A stretch of DNA of 64,000 nucleotides from the NCBI GenBank assembly GCA_050010195.1, contig JBEKLM010000008.1, positions 7,843 through 71,842 of the forward strand, in the 5' to 3' direction. Positions within the stretch are counted from its first letter, which is position 1; every line of letters begins with the position of its first letter. Position numbers and translations under genes: made by a program. The notes below the pieces were generated by a model. The model ran no database searches and was not told where the DNA came from. It worked only from the letters and a program-made list of their open reading frames with translations. Of the stretch, positions 1 to 9,670 are shown one piece after another. This stretch comes from Verrucomicrobiia bacterium. GTDB lineage: Bacteria; Verrucomicrobiota; Verrucomicrobiia; Palsa-1439.

Positions 1-192
1 CCACGAAGCCGCTTGGTCGATGGTTGGCCAGCCGTCAAAGAGAGCCTTCGCCGCAGGGTGGAATAGGAGTGAGAGCTCAAGTGTGACTGGGTCCAAGGAC
101 GAGGGTGACTCGGCAACTCTGCCAAAATCGATAAGAACGGGCTTGCCCTTACGATCAACCAGTATGTTGGTCGCGCCGGTCGCGAAGGAGTT
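1..192 (-). other. Partial ORF running off the window start with a protein-kinase-like catalytic-loop/DFG segment (…ATGATNILVDRKGKPVLIDFGRVAE…). It has no in-frame ATG in the window and its frame differs from the upstream ATPase, so it is a gene fragment or a frameshifted extension
   Basis: Manual translation of the minus strand from ~192 to 1 gives a stop-free run with an HGDxxxNILVD…IDFG-like motif. The N-lobe is absent from the window. Confidence 0.25.
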
Positions 193-1231
193 TCAACTGG
201 TCCTTCTTCTTGGCAACAACGGATCGGAGGGAGGCAGCTTGACTGGCGCGCGACTTCATTTCAGCTAACCTCTTTGATACAGCGCCCGCGCCTTCGTGTA
301 ATTCTTCGAGTCGGCGACGGAGCACACGGGCCCCGTCCTCCTTCGCCAAGAGATCGTTGGTATTGGCCGCCTTCAGTGCTTCTAGCTCTTTTAGGACGGA
401 TTGAATCGTGTCGATAGCTGAAGACAATTGTTTTGCGGACAGTGCAATTTGGTTTCGAGTCTTCGCTAGAGGATCTTCACCGCCTGCGTTCTGTGGCCAG
501 TCTTCGAGTTTTGGAGTAAATGAAAGGAGTTCTTTAGATCGAGCAAACCACCTGGTGACAGCGTTGATAGACCGGTCATAGAAGGATGCACGAACAGAAA
601 GCTGGGCGAGGAAGGAGGCAATGTTGTCGAGTTCCGCCTTCTCCTTAATGCTTCCTTCGAGCTTGGCCAGTAATTCTTTTTCTTGTTTTGAAAGCTGCTC
701 GAGCTCTTCAGTTGCGACCTCGAGAGCGCGAGTATTCTCTAATAGTTGTTCAAGCTCATCGGTCTCGGATCTAATTTCTTTCACGACGGATCGAACGAAC
801 GCCCTAACTTGTTCTTCCTTGTCGTTCAGGCGGTCAGGCTCGGTGCGAAATCCATCAATGATCCGCAGACGTCCCATCGCTTGCAATCCGAGTGCTTCGA
901 CTTCTTTTTGGGCGAGAATCAACGGAGGCCGAAAACGTCTTGTAGCACGTGGGTCGTCTTCGTCGGCGGTGCGACTGATGTTTATCTGTTCGCCGTCTTG
1001 TAGGACTGTAAGCGCGACACGGCCGGACCCTAACACCGAAAGTGCGTGCTTGCGTGATGTAGATGCTGCCTCGTCGCTGTACGACGGAGCGCCAAGGGCA
1101 AAACGTATCAATTCGATAACGGAGGTCTTCCCTGAGCCTCGGGGACCGATCAAAACGTTGAGTCCGGGCGCGAAGGAGAGGTCAAGGCCGTCGAGAAATC
1201 CTTCTTCAACTTGGATGCGCTGGATAAACAC
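155..1231 (-). CDS. P-loop ATPase of the RecF/SMC/AAA_21-like type with a long coiled-coil region. The polypeptide ends without a Walker B/signature half
   Basis: Walker A LIGPRGSGKTSVIELIRFALG near the N-terminus is followed by an E/K/L-rich heptad-like sequence. This matches the ORF-track 358 aa. Confidence 0.6.
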   Translation of the reverse strand: MFIQRIQVEEGFLDGLDLSFAPGLNVLIGPRGSGKTSVIELIRFALGAPSYSDEAASTSRKHALSVLGSGRVALTVLQDGEQINISRTADEDDPRATRRFRPPLILAQKEVEALGLQAMGRLRIIDGFRTEPDRLNDKEEQVRAFVRSVVKEIRSETDELEQLLENTRALEVATEELEQLSKQEKELLAKLEGSIKEKAELDNIASFLAQLSVRASFYDRSINAVTRWFARSKELLSFTPKLEDWPQNAGGEDPLAKTRNQIALSAKQLSSAIDTIQSVLKELEALKAANTNDLLAKEDGARVLRRRLEELHEGAGAVSKRLAEMKSRASQAASLRSVVAKKKDQLKLLRDRRDQHTG

Positions 1232-1578
1232 GCAAAGATTCTAGAAAATTCAAGCCACAAAAGCAAGCAGAGCGGTATTCTTCGAGCGACGCCAGCGCAA
1301 GTGGCCGGCGCAGGCCGGGCCATCTCCGCTTGAAATTGGCGGTCGGACGGGCGGGGGGTGTTGGCATGTGCGGGCGGGGCGGAAGGAATCCGGAGCGGAG
1401 GACGGACCGGGCAAGGGCCTCGATCACGAAGACGCCAAGGACAGGAAGTCGGCGGGGCGATCAGGCAGGTTTGTAACCGGCGAATTGGCAGGTGGAAGCG
1501 AATTCCAAAAAGGCGTTGACGGTGGCGGGGGATGGTGTTATCACCAAGGCGTAATGCAAGGAGGAAGGCGTTGATATT

Positions 1579-2124
1579 ATGAAGAGCTTCTCAAGGATTT
1601 TTCTGTCTGCAACCCTCGCGGGAGCAGCAGCTTTGGTTTTCAGCGGATGCGCGACGCAACAGAAGCGCATGACACCCGTCAACGAAGAGCAAAAGAGCGA
1701 GTTTCTCAAGGGGATGGACGTGGTGGAGAAACCCGAGCTGGAGCCGGAGTGGGCGGATTTCGTGAAGGACCATTACCCGAACTGGCGGCGCCACTACTGG
1801 GTGGACCGCGGCCAGTGGGGCAATCGCGGCTACATCGTCGGGCGACCTGCGGCGGAGGCCGAGCCGGTCGTCGAGCAGATCACGCCGTTGCCGCCGGCCG
1901 AGCCTGCGGCGCCGACCATCGTCGAGAACCCGCCACCGAAGGTCGAGGTGCCGGAGAAGCCGACCAAGTACGTGGTGCGCCGGGGCGATTCGCTGTGGAA
2001 GATTGCCGGCAAAGTTTATGGCAATCCGTTGAAATGGCCGCGCATCTATCGGGCCAACAAGGATAAGATCAAGAATCCCAACAGGATCTACGCGAATCAG
2101 GTGCTGGCGATTCCGGAGAAATAG
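1579..2124 (+). CDS. LysM domain lipoprotein
   Basis: Signal peptide plus lipobox (LVFSGC). The C-terminal LysM motif is YVVRRGDSLWKIAGKVYGNPLKWPRIYRANKDKIKNPNRIYANQVLAIP. An AGGAGG RBS is present. Confidence 0.8.
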   Translation: MKSFSRIFLSATLAGAAALVFSGCATQQKRMTPVNEEQKSEFLKGMDVVEKPELEPEWADFVKDHYPNWRRHYWVDRGQWGNRGYIVGRPAAEAEPVVEQITPLPPAEPAAPTIVENPPPKVEVPEKPTKYVVRRGDSLWKIAGKVYGNPLKWPRIYRANKDKIKNPNRIYANQVLAIPEK

Positions 2125-2212
2125 GACGCGCCGGGGGGGGAGTTGGATTGCGAAGTATGGGCACATGCGGTATGGTTTTTGCTCGCTTGAGGGAATGACG
2201 TTTTAGCGACAC

Positions 2213-3223
2213 ATGGCAAGCGAAACACTGCACTTCGACAATGCGCGGCAAGCGCAGTCCCTGTACGCCAGCGAACCCAAGAACCTCCGGCTCGTTGAAG
2301 ACCTGCTCAATTTAAAAGTGACCGCCCGCGACGGTTGGATCAACGTCGAAGGGTCCGTCGAAGACATCGCGCGGGCGAAGTCGCTGTTTACCGAACTGCA
2401 CCAGGCCGTGTCCCACGGCACGGTGATTCGTCGGCAGGAATTCAGCCGGGCGGTCAGCGCGATCTCCCGCGGTGAGGCGCTGAAGATGCAGGAACTGCAC
2501 GAAGGCCGCGTGGATGTTTCCACACGCAAGCGGCCGATCATCCCGAAAACGCAGGGGCAGAATCGTTATCTCGAAGCGATCCGCAAGAACGACATCGTGA
2601 TCGGCATTGGTCCGGCGGGCACGGGCAAGACGTACCTGGCGATGGCGATGGCGGTGCACGCGCTGCGCAGCGACCGCGTGGGACGAATTATTTTGTGCCG
2701 GCCGGCGGTCGAGGCGGGCGAGGCGCTCGGATTCCTGCCGGGGACGTTGGAAGAGAAGGTCAGCCCGTATCTGCGGCCCTTGTACGACGCGTTGTACGAC
2801 ATGATGGACCCCGACGAGATCCAGCGGCACATGGAGCGGGGCGTGATTGAAATCGCGCCGTTGGCGTATATGCGCGGGCGCACGCTGAACAATGCGTATG
2901 TGATCCTGGACGAGGCACAGAACACGACCAGCGAGCAGATGCTGATGTTCCTGACGCGGATGGGATTCGATTCCAAGGTGGTGATCACCGGCGACATCAC
3001 ACAGGTGGACCTGCCCGGGCACAAGATGTCAGGGCTGATCGAAATCCAGGGCATTCTGCAGGAAATTCCCGGCTTGGAAATCGTCTACTTTGACGAGCAC
3101 GACGTGGTCCGCCACGAACTGGTGCAGAAGATCATCTCCGCATATTCGAAGTTCAAAGAGGAACGGGAACGCCGCCGCCAGGAATCCGCGGCGAACGGCA
3201 ACGGCAGACCGCACGCGGCATGA
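2213..3223 (+). CDS. ybeZ: PhoH-like ATPase (YbeZ family)
   Basis: IVIGIGPAGTGKTYLAMAMAV Walker A and PhoH-family conservation. The stop overlaps the ybeY start. Confidence 0.9.
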   Translation: MASETLHFDNARQAQSLYASEPKNLRLVEDLLNLKVTARDGWINVEGSVEDIARAKSLFTELHQAVSHGTVIRRQEFSRAVSAISRGEALKMQELHEGRVDVSTRKRPIIPKTQGQNRYLEAIRKNDIVIGIGPAGTGKTYLAMAMAVHALRSDRVGRIILCRPAVEAGEALGFLPGTLEEKVSPYLRPLYDALYDMMDPDEIQRHMERGVIEIAPLAYMRGRTLNNAYVILDEAQNTTSEQMLMFLTRMGFDSKVVITGDITQVDLPGHKMSGLIEIQGILQEIPGLEIVYFDEHDVVRHELVQKIISAYSKFKEERERRRQESAANGNGRPHAA

Positions 3224-3675
3224 TCCCCGACGGCACGGGGGAGCGGGTCGCGGTCACCAATCGCCAGCGCCGGTTGAAAATCAATACGCGCCTGCTCGCG
3301 GAGATCGCGGAACGCGCCCTGGAACAGGTTGGCGACAAGCCGTTCCATCTCGGGATCGTGCTGGTTGACGATGCGGCGATGGCGAAGCTCAATGCGCAAT
3401 ACCACAACACGCCGGGCGCAACGGACATCCTGAGTTTTGATTACGGTGAAGGCCAGGGCGAACTGATCATTTCGGTGGAACACGCCGTGGCGCAGGCCAG
3501 ACAGTACCGTACGACACCGGCGCAGGAACTTGTTTTGTACATGGTGCACGGTATGCTCCATCTCCACGGGTACAACGACCGCACACCGCCCCAGCGTCGA
3601 CGGATGCGCGCGGCGGAGCGGCGGTTGGTGTCACGGTTGTGTAAACGTTTTGAGTTGAAGGAGTTGATTTTGTAG
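3220..3675 (+). CDS. ybeY: Endoribonuclease YbeY (rRNA maturation factor)
   Basis: HGMLHLHGYND metal-binding motif. The 151-aa size and phoH-ybeY synteny fit. Confidence 0.9.
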   Translation: MIPDGTGERVAVTNRQRRLKINTRLLAEIAERALEQVGDKPFHLGIVLVDDAAMAKLNAQYHNTPGATDILSFDYGEGQGELIISVEHAVAQARQYRTTPAQELVLYMVHGMLHLHGYNDRTPPQRRRMRAAERRLVSRLCKRFELKELIL

Positions 3676-3715
3676 CAAACTTACAAGCGGTTGTGGGTCG
3701 CTGAGGCCATTTTTA

Positions 3716-3744
3716 TTGACTTTTAGGACATAGGGGTGTCTAAT
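3716..3744 (+). promoter_or_regulatory. Sigma70-like promoter candidate (TTGACT-17-TCTAAT) in an AT-rich gap upstream of the secreted EEP-PKD gene
   Basis: Read directly: ttgact tttaggacataggggtg tctaat. The hexamers sit in a partial inverted repeat (ttgact…agtcaa). Confidence 0.35.
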
Positions 3745-3800
3745 AAAACGTTTTAGTCAAAAATCAAATAAAGGGTGACGTTTGCCAGCAGGGGAGACCA

Positions 3801-6317
3801 ATGAATAGAACACGCTTCATGAAGAGCGCCGCAATCCGCAGGTGTTTGAGTGGCATGGCTTTCTGGGTAGTCGGCAGTATCATGGCGGTGGCTTCCGCCC
3901 AAACCACCCGAACAGTCCGTGTCGTTGAGTACAATATCCAGGCCGACACTACTTATACCATTCCGACGTGTGGCTTGATCGTTCCCTTCACTGGCACCGG
4001 CGGAAGTTTCACGACCAGCTGCGGCGGCAGTGCGACCACGACGAATGGCGGCGTGCTCGAAGGGATTGGCGAAGAGATTATAAACGGCGATCCGGCCCAG
4101 CCGATCGACATTCTGGCGTTGAATGAGACGACCAGTAACACGACCACCGTCCAACCGATCGTGAACGGGTTAAACGCATTCTACTTATACTACAATAGCA
4201 TATGCTATACGAATCATCCCGCCGGGTATGCGATGAGCACGTATCAGGCAACGGAAAGCGGCGGCAGCCCCAGCTCTGGGAACGGGCCCAACGCCCTGGT
4301 GTACAACACCAACACGCTCCAGCTTCTGGCCTCGGTCCCGGTGGATCCGCCGGGCGGCACCGGCAACCTGGGTTCCACCAGCGGCGAGTATCGCGAGGTG
4401 ATGCGGTACGAGTTTGCGCCGGCCGGTGTAACGCCCGGGACGAACAATGAGTTTTACGTCTACGTGAGCCACTACAAGGCGAGCTCGGGTAGCAGCGACG
4501 ACAAAGCTCGCTTCGGTGAGGCCAGCATCATCCGCAGTAACGAATACCTCAACTTACCCGCCAATGCCCGGGTGCTGTACGTGGGTGACTACAATCCCGA
4601 CGATAACAGCGGCGAAGCCGGCTACCAGACCATTTGCTCCAACGGCGTACCCGGCATTGCCAACTCTGCGACAGGGCAGGGCCAGGGAGTCGACCCCCTC
4701 AATATTCTGTGGACTCCGTACACAAGCGCGTCGCCCAACATTAATTGGAGTGTGAGTACGACCAATACAAATATCCTGTTTATGATGAGCGAGGAGTCCT
4801 ACGAGCTCCGGTACCGCGACGATCTCCAGGTTATGACGAGCAATGTGTACTATGACGTGGCCGGTGGTTTCCAGTATGTACCGGGAACCTACCACTCGTT
4901 CGGCAACAATGGCTCGTTCACCTGGGGAACCAGCGTGAACAGTGGTGGCAACACCGCCCTGAGCGATCTGGACACGAATCTGACGAAAGTTACCGGTCTT
5001 TCCGCCGCCGTGCTGTTGGAGGACCTTACCGGTGCCAGCGACCACCTGCCCACTGTGGCCGATTACACCATCCCCATCCCACTTTCCGTGACGGCGCCGG
5101 TAGCCAGTTTCACAAATAATCCCGCCAGCGGGCCGGTGCCATTGACCGTGCACTTTTACGACACCTCGACGGGCTCGCCCACGAGTTGGAGTTGGACGTT
5201 TGGTGATGGCAGCGGCACGTCAACGTCGCAGAACCCGAACTATACATACAACTATCCGGGTTCTTACGTGGTGACGCAGATTGTGGCCAACGCGAGCGGA
5301 TCCAGCACCAATCACAGCACGATCACGGCGTCCTGCCCGGCGATCACATTGTCACCAGCCGCCGGCGCCTTGACGGCCGGAACGGTGGGCACGGCGTACA
5401 GCCAGACGATCACGGCCAGCGGTGGGACTGGACCGTACACCTACGCCGTAACGGCGGGCTCGTTGACGGGCTCGGGTCTGAGTTTGTCATCGGCGGGCAC
5501 GCTCTCCGGTGCGTCCCCGGTGGCGGGCACGTACACGTTTACAGTCACGGCGACGGACACCAACAACTGCACGGGCAGCGCGGCCTACACATTGACCGTG
5601 GGTTGCCCGACGATCACATTGTCACCCAATGGAGCGAATCCGACGGCGTTGCCCGGCGGGACGGAGGGCACAGCGTACAACAGCCAGACGATCACGGCCA
5701 GCGGTGGGACTGGACCGTACACCTACGCCGTAACGGCGGGCTCGTTGGCGGGCTCGGGCCTGAGTTTGTCATCGGCGGGCGTTCTGTCCGGTCCGTCCCC
5801 GGTGGCGGGCACGTACACGTTTACAGTCACGGCGACGGACACCAACAACTGCACGAGCAGTCAAGCGTACAGCGTGACGGTGCAGACGCAATTCGGGTCG
5901 TGGGAGCAGTTCTACGACCTCAGCGGCACGTTGAGTGGTGGGAATGCCTCCTACACGGGCGACGGCATGAGCAACACCAACAAGTTCATGGCGGGCTTCA
6001 ATCCCACCAATGCGGCAGCGTACCTGCACGTCATCAGTATCGTGGAGTCGGTGGCGGGCAATACCAACGTCGTGGTGACGTACCTCGGCGCCAACGGGGA
6101 TAACACCTACGTGCCGGGGATTGCGTCACGGACCAACGTGCTGGATTACATGACCGGTGACGCTAACGGCAGCTACACGAATGGCGGTTGGCAGGACACC
6201 GGCCAGACCAATATTCTCAGTGGCGGGAACGGGTCCGGCATTGTCACCAACATGACGGACTCGAATGTGACGGCGAGTCCCAACTTGTATTACCGCGTGC
6301 GCGTGTTGTTGCCATAA
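3801..6317 (+). CDS. Secreted multidomain protein: endonuclease/exonuclease/phosphatase (EEP) domain, PKD domain, two putative-Ig (He_PIG) repeats and an uncharacterised ~125-aa C-terminal domain
   Basis: Signal peptide. EEP motifs DILALNE … SDHLPTVADY. PKD: PLTVHFYDTSTGSPTSWSWTFGDGSGTS. Two tandem repeats match the He_PIG consensus (…TAYSQTITASGGTGPYTYAVTAGSL…TYTFTVTATDTNNCT…). The C-terminal domain is shared with the next gene. Confidence 0.85.
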   Translation: MNRTRFMKSAAIRRCLSGMAFWVVGSIMAVASAQTTRTVRVVEYNIQADTTYTIPTCGLIVPFTGTGGSFTTSCGGSATTTNGGVLEGIGEEIINGDPAQPIDILALNETTSNTTTVQPIVNGLNAFYLYYNSICYTNHPAGYAMSTYQATESGGSPSSGNGPNALVYNTNTLQLLASVPVDPPGGTGNLGSTSGEYREVMRYEFAPAGVTPGTNNEFYVYVSHYKASSGSSDDKARFGEASIIRSNEYLNLPANARVLYVGDYNPDDNSGEAGYQTICSNGVPGIANSATGQGQGVDPLNILWTPYTSASPNINWSVSTTNTNILFMMSEESYELRYRDDLQVMTSNVYYDVAGGFQYVPGTYHSFGNNGSFTWGTSVNSGGNTALSDLDTNLTKVTGLSAAVLLEDLTGASDHLPTVADYTIPIPLSVTAPVASFTNNPASGPVPLTVHFYDTSTGSPTSWSWTFGDGSGTSTSQNPNYTYNYPGSYVVTQIVANASGSSTNHSTITASCPAITLSPAAGALTAGTVGTAYSQTITASGGTGPYTYAVTAGSLTGSGLSLSSAGTLSGASPVAGTYTFTVTATDTNNCTGSAAYTLTVGCPTITLSPNGANPTALPGGTEGTAYNSQTITASGGTGPYTYAVTAGSLAGSGLSLSSAGVLSGPSPVAGTYTFTVTATDTNNCTSSQAYSVTVQTQFGSWEQFYDLSGTLSGGNASYTGDGMSNTNKFMAGFNPTNAAAYLHVISIVESVAGNTNVVVTYLGANGDNTYVPGIASRTNVLDYMTGDANGSYTNGGWQDTGQTNILSGGNGSGIVTNMTDSNVTASPNLYYRVRVLLP

Positions 6318-6506
6318 CACGGTTTCAGGATAGGCAATATTGATGAGTCTCGTGCGACTCTGCCGCGTTGCGACCATCGGCGTGGCCGTGGAAAGGCCAG
6401 TTTCATTGCACTTTCACGACACAGGGATGTTTGCTGCCAGCTTGGTCGCTAGTGCTGTGCGTTTCGTAAATTCTACAAAGGTGACATTAATGTCTCGGAG
6501 ATTGCA

Positions 6507-8519
6507 ATGAAGAGAAAACTCACGTTTTTGATTGTAGGCGCATCCTTTTTGCTCGGTGCGCTGGCGGCGCAGGCCCAGCAAATCAAGGTGATGGAGTACG
6601 ATGCCTCGCAGGAGATCGGCGCCAACACCAATCCGACACCGCAATCGGCGGCGTTCACACGCGTCATCGCGTACCAGCAACCGGATATCGTCTGCTTCTC
6701 CGAGCTAAATGATGGCAGCTCCGTTTCGCTGGTCACCAGTGGTGTGGTCAACTGGGTGACGAACAATCTGGCTTCGATCTTCGGAACAAAGACCGGCGTC
6801 ACGTTTTGGGTCTACATCGCCAACGTGGGAGATGGATACAATCGCAACGGCGAGATCAGCCGTTATCCGATTGTCAGCGCCACGACGTATAGCGATGCCG
6901 GGGGCGGGTTTGCCAACCTGCGTGGCATGGATTCGATCCAGATCCAGTTGAGCGGAACGAACACGCTCCAGATTTTCCATGCACAACTGAAAGCGGGTGG
7001 CGGCACCCTCGACACGAACAGCAATTGCGAACGAAAGCAGGCGGAGGCCGCGACCGACGCGACCAACATGATGAACTGGGCGAGCACGAACCAGTACCCG
7101 TATATCTGGACCTGTGATTGCAATGAGGACCAGGACCCGCGCGACGCCGGTTACACCGCGCCCTACACCACGCCCGAGTGCCCGGTGTCGAGCACGTATC
7201 ATCCGATCACCACCCTCGAACAGGTGGGCGGGCTGGTTGATTACGCCCCCACCACGCTCGAAACCAATGCGGTCGGTTCATGGCGGACGTGGAGCACGGC
7301 GCAAACGGCTGGTCAGCCGTCCGACATGTTCGATCGCATTCTTGCCGCGACCAACCGGCTCAGCCCCGCGTCCGGGCTGGTGTTCAGCACGTTCGACTGG
7401 GCCGCGCACGGTCTGTACACCAACGCGAGCCCGCAGAATCTCGTTAACGACAGCCTGACGGCGGACGATCACTACGATGTCATGGTGACCTACTCGTTTC
7501 CGACCTCCGGGACGAATTCTGGCGTCAACCCGACCTTGCTCACGGCGAGCGGAAGTCCGGGCGGGCCGTTCACTCCCTCCAGTCAGATCTGCGTGCTGAC
7601 GAACTTCGACACGATCCCGTTGTTTTGGTACGCGACAAACCAAACCAGCTGGTTGAAGGTTTCTTCTCCGGCCGGAAACCTTGGCGCCGGTTGGGGCACA
7701 AACATCACCGCGTCCATTACGGCGGCGGCCAATTCGCTGACAGCGGGGACGTACACGGACACGATTACCTTCAGCAACACGGCTACGGGAGTTTCTCTCC
7801 CAGTGGGTGTGACGCTGACAGTCGGGACACCACCACCCGTGGCGAGTTTTACGGCGAGTCCGACCAACGGCGCGACGCCGTTGACCGTGAGCTTCACGGA
7901 CCACTCGTCCGGTTCGGTGACGGGCTGGGCGTGGGCGTTTGGGGACGGCAACACGTCGATCAGCGAGAACCCGTCGGACATCTACGTGACTCCGGGCACG
8001 TACACGGTGCAGGAGATCGTCAGCGGCCCGGGTGGGTCCAGTACGGACACGGTGGTGAATGTGATCAACGTGTACGACCCGTTCGCGTGGTGGCAACTCC
8101 AGTACTTCGGCAGCACCAACATTAGTGCGAGCACCGCGCCGGGCGGGGATTACACCGGTACCGGTATGAGCAACACCAACAGATTTCTGGCGGGCTTCAA
8201 TCCCACCAACGCGGCGGCGTACCTGCACGTCATCAATGTCGTGGAGTCGGTGGCGGGCAATACAAACGTCGTGGTGACGTATCTTGGGCCCAATGGGGAC
8301 AACACCTATGTGCCGGGGATTGCGTCACGGACGAACGTATTGGATTACATGACCGGCGACGCCAACGGCAACTACACGAATGGCGGCTGGCAGGACACGG
8401 GCCAGACCAATATTCTCAGCGGTGGGAATGGGTCGGGGATTGTCACCAACATGACGGATCCGGCGATCCCGGGCGCCCCGACGAACCGGTACTACCGCGT
8501 GCGCGTGGTGTTGCCGTAA
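6507..8519 (+). CDS. Secreted paralogous protein: EEP-like N-terminal region, PKD domain and the same uncharacterised C-terminal domain
   Basis: Signal peptide. DIVCFSELND (an EEP DIVCLQE-like motif). PKD: PLTVSFTDHSSGSVTGWAWAFGDGNTS. The C-terminal ~125 aa are about 90% identical to the 3801..6317 C-terminus. Confidence 0.8.
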   Translation: MKRKLTFLIVGASFLLGALAAQAQQIKVMEYDASQEIGANTNPTPQSAAFTRVIAYQQPDIVCFSELNDGSSVSLVTSGVVNWVTNNLASIFGTKTGVTFWVYIANVGDGYNRNGEISRYPIVSATTYSDAGGGFANLRGMDSIQIQLSGTNTLQIFHAQLKAGGGTLDTNSNCERKQAEAATDATNMMNWASTNQYPYIWTCDCNEDQDPRDAGYTAPYTTPECPVSSTYHPITTLEQVGGLVDYAPTTLETNAVGSWRTWSTAQTAGQPSDMFDRILAATNRLSPASGLVFSTFDWAAHGLYTNASPQNLVNDSLTADDHYDVMVTYSFPTSGTNSGVNPTLLTASGSPGGPFTPSSQICVLTNFDTIPLFWYATNQTSWLKVSSPAGNLGAGWGTNITASITAAANSLTAGTYTDTITFSNTATGVSLPVGVTLTVGTPPPVASFTASPTNGATPLTVSFTDHSSGSVTGWAWAFGDGNTSISENPSDIYVTPGTYTVQEIVSGPGGSSTDTVVNVINVYDPFAWWQLQYFGSTNISASTAPGGDYTGTGMSNTNRFLAGFNPTNAAAYLHVINVVESVAGNTNVVVTYLGPNGDNTYVPGIASRTNVLDYMTGDANGNYTNGGWQDTGQTNILSGGNGSGIVTNMTDPAIPGAPTNRYYRVRVVLP

Positions 8520-8541
8520 TCGCGTACGGAACCGGCTCGCG

Positions 8542-8583
8542 CTCAACGCTCAACGCTCAACGGGCAACCCGCCACAAGGCGGG
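8542..8583 (+). terminator. Triple ctcaacg direct repeat followed by a GC hairpin (cccgcc acaa ggcggg) downstream of the 6507..8519 gene. This is a terminator-like stem without a clear U-tract
   Basis: Read directly: gctcaacgctcaacgctcaacgggcaacccgccacaaggcggg. Confidence 0.35.
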
Positions 8584-8717
8584 CAAGGGTTCGGGGGCGT
8601 GGCGGGCGGGGTGGTAACCGCGACGAATGCCTTGAATGGATCACTGGCGCGGACCATAGCGTCCCCCGGAGCCTTATTTTTCTTGCCTTAGCGGGTAGCG
8701 CCCGATAGGATGGGCGG

Positions 8718-9398
8718 ATGCTAAAGGGTCGCTTGGCGTACGGGTGGATTTACGTTCTGGCACTGGCCACTGCGGCCACGATTTGGCCTGGGGGAGATGT
8801 TCACGCTGTTGCCACCAATGTAGCCGTGTTCAGCATTGATGTCGTCCTGGGGACGGACACGGTCGAAACGGCCGACGGCACGGTGGTGTTCGCGGAGAGC
8901 GACCTGGCGGTGACGACGGTCATACCCCTGGATCTGGCGCAAGCGATTGCCAGCGATCCGGTCGTTCCTCCCGCGATCCAGGCATCCATCGGGAGTCTGG
9001 TGGGGACGACGGACTATCCGTTCCTGATTGCGGCGGGCAGTCCACCGGCGGAACTGCTCGATCACACGGGCAATGTGGGGACCTTCAGCAATGACGTGTT
9101 CACCATTGTGTCGAATGATTTGACGAGTGTGTCACTGCTGGGTGAGGTGCTCAAGAGCGAATCGATCACTCCGGTGGCGAGTGATAGCTATCAGTTCGAT
9201 GGCATCAATCCGATTACGTCGCAGCAACTGGCTGGGTTCATCGACGTGTATTATTATACCGAATGTCTGCAGGAGTCGGTGCCCGAGCCTGCGACGTGGG
9301 GGTTGGTGGTGGCGGGCGCGGCGGCCCTGATGGTTGCGGCGGCCAGATCTCGGCGACGGAAAGCTGTCGTCGTGGTTGCCGGCCGTCGAACATTCTAG
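8718..9398 (+). CDS. PEP-CTERM sorting-domain protein (exosortase substrate)
   Basis: The C-terminus VPEPATWGLVVAGAAALMVAAARSRRRK is a PEP motif followed by a TM helix and an Arg-rich tail. An N-terminal signal peptide is present. Confidence 0.8.
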   Translation: MLKGRLAYGWIYVLALATAATIWPGGDVHAVATNVAVFSIDVVLGTDTVETADGTVVFAESDLAVTTVIPLDLAQAIASDPVVPPAIQASIGSLVGTTDYPFLIAAGSPPAELLDHTGNVGTFSNDVFTIVSNDLTSVSLLGEVLKSESITPVASDSYQFDGINPITSQQLAGFIDVYYYTECLQESVPEPATWGLVVAGAAALMVAAARSRRRKAVVVVAGRRTF

Positions 9399-9670
9399 CG
9401 CCGAGCGGATCGGTTTCTCCCAGCGCGTGTCCCCTCTGGCTGATTTGTGAATTGTGAGGCGGGGAGGCGGTTGACGCCGTGTCGTCAAGAAGCCGGTCTT
9501 GGAGCCGCAAAACGGGTTTGACAGCAATGCCAGAGAGGATACGATGCTAATCGGTCAAACCAAATACCTCGTGATGGTCGCAGGCGTAGGTCATTTGGGA
9601 AATGTCAGCTAAGTGTTGCCGGTGTCGCAGGCTGGTAGTCGCTATCGAATCAACAAAGGAGGGGTGGCTT

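Noticed and set aside
20-268. 82-aa plus-strand ORF at the window start
   Set aside because: It overlaps the ATPase 3' end and the kinase-like minus-strand frame, and has no RBS or motif.
7278-8228. 316-aa minus-strand ORF and other internal ORFs (4554..5153, 6705..7202)
   Set aside because: They are antisense or alternate-frame shadows inside the large secreted EEP-PKD genes.
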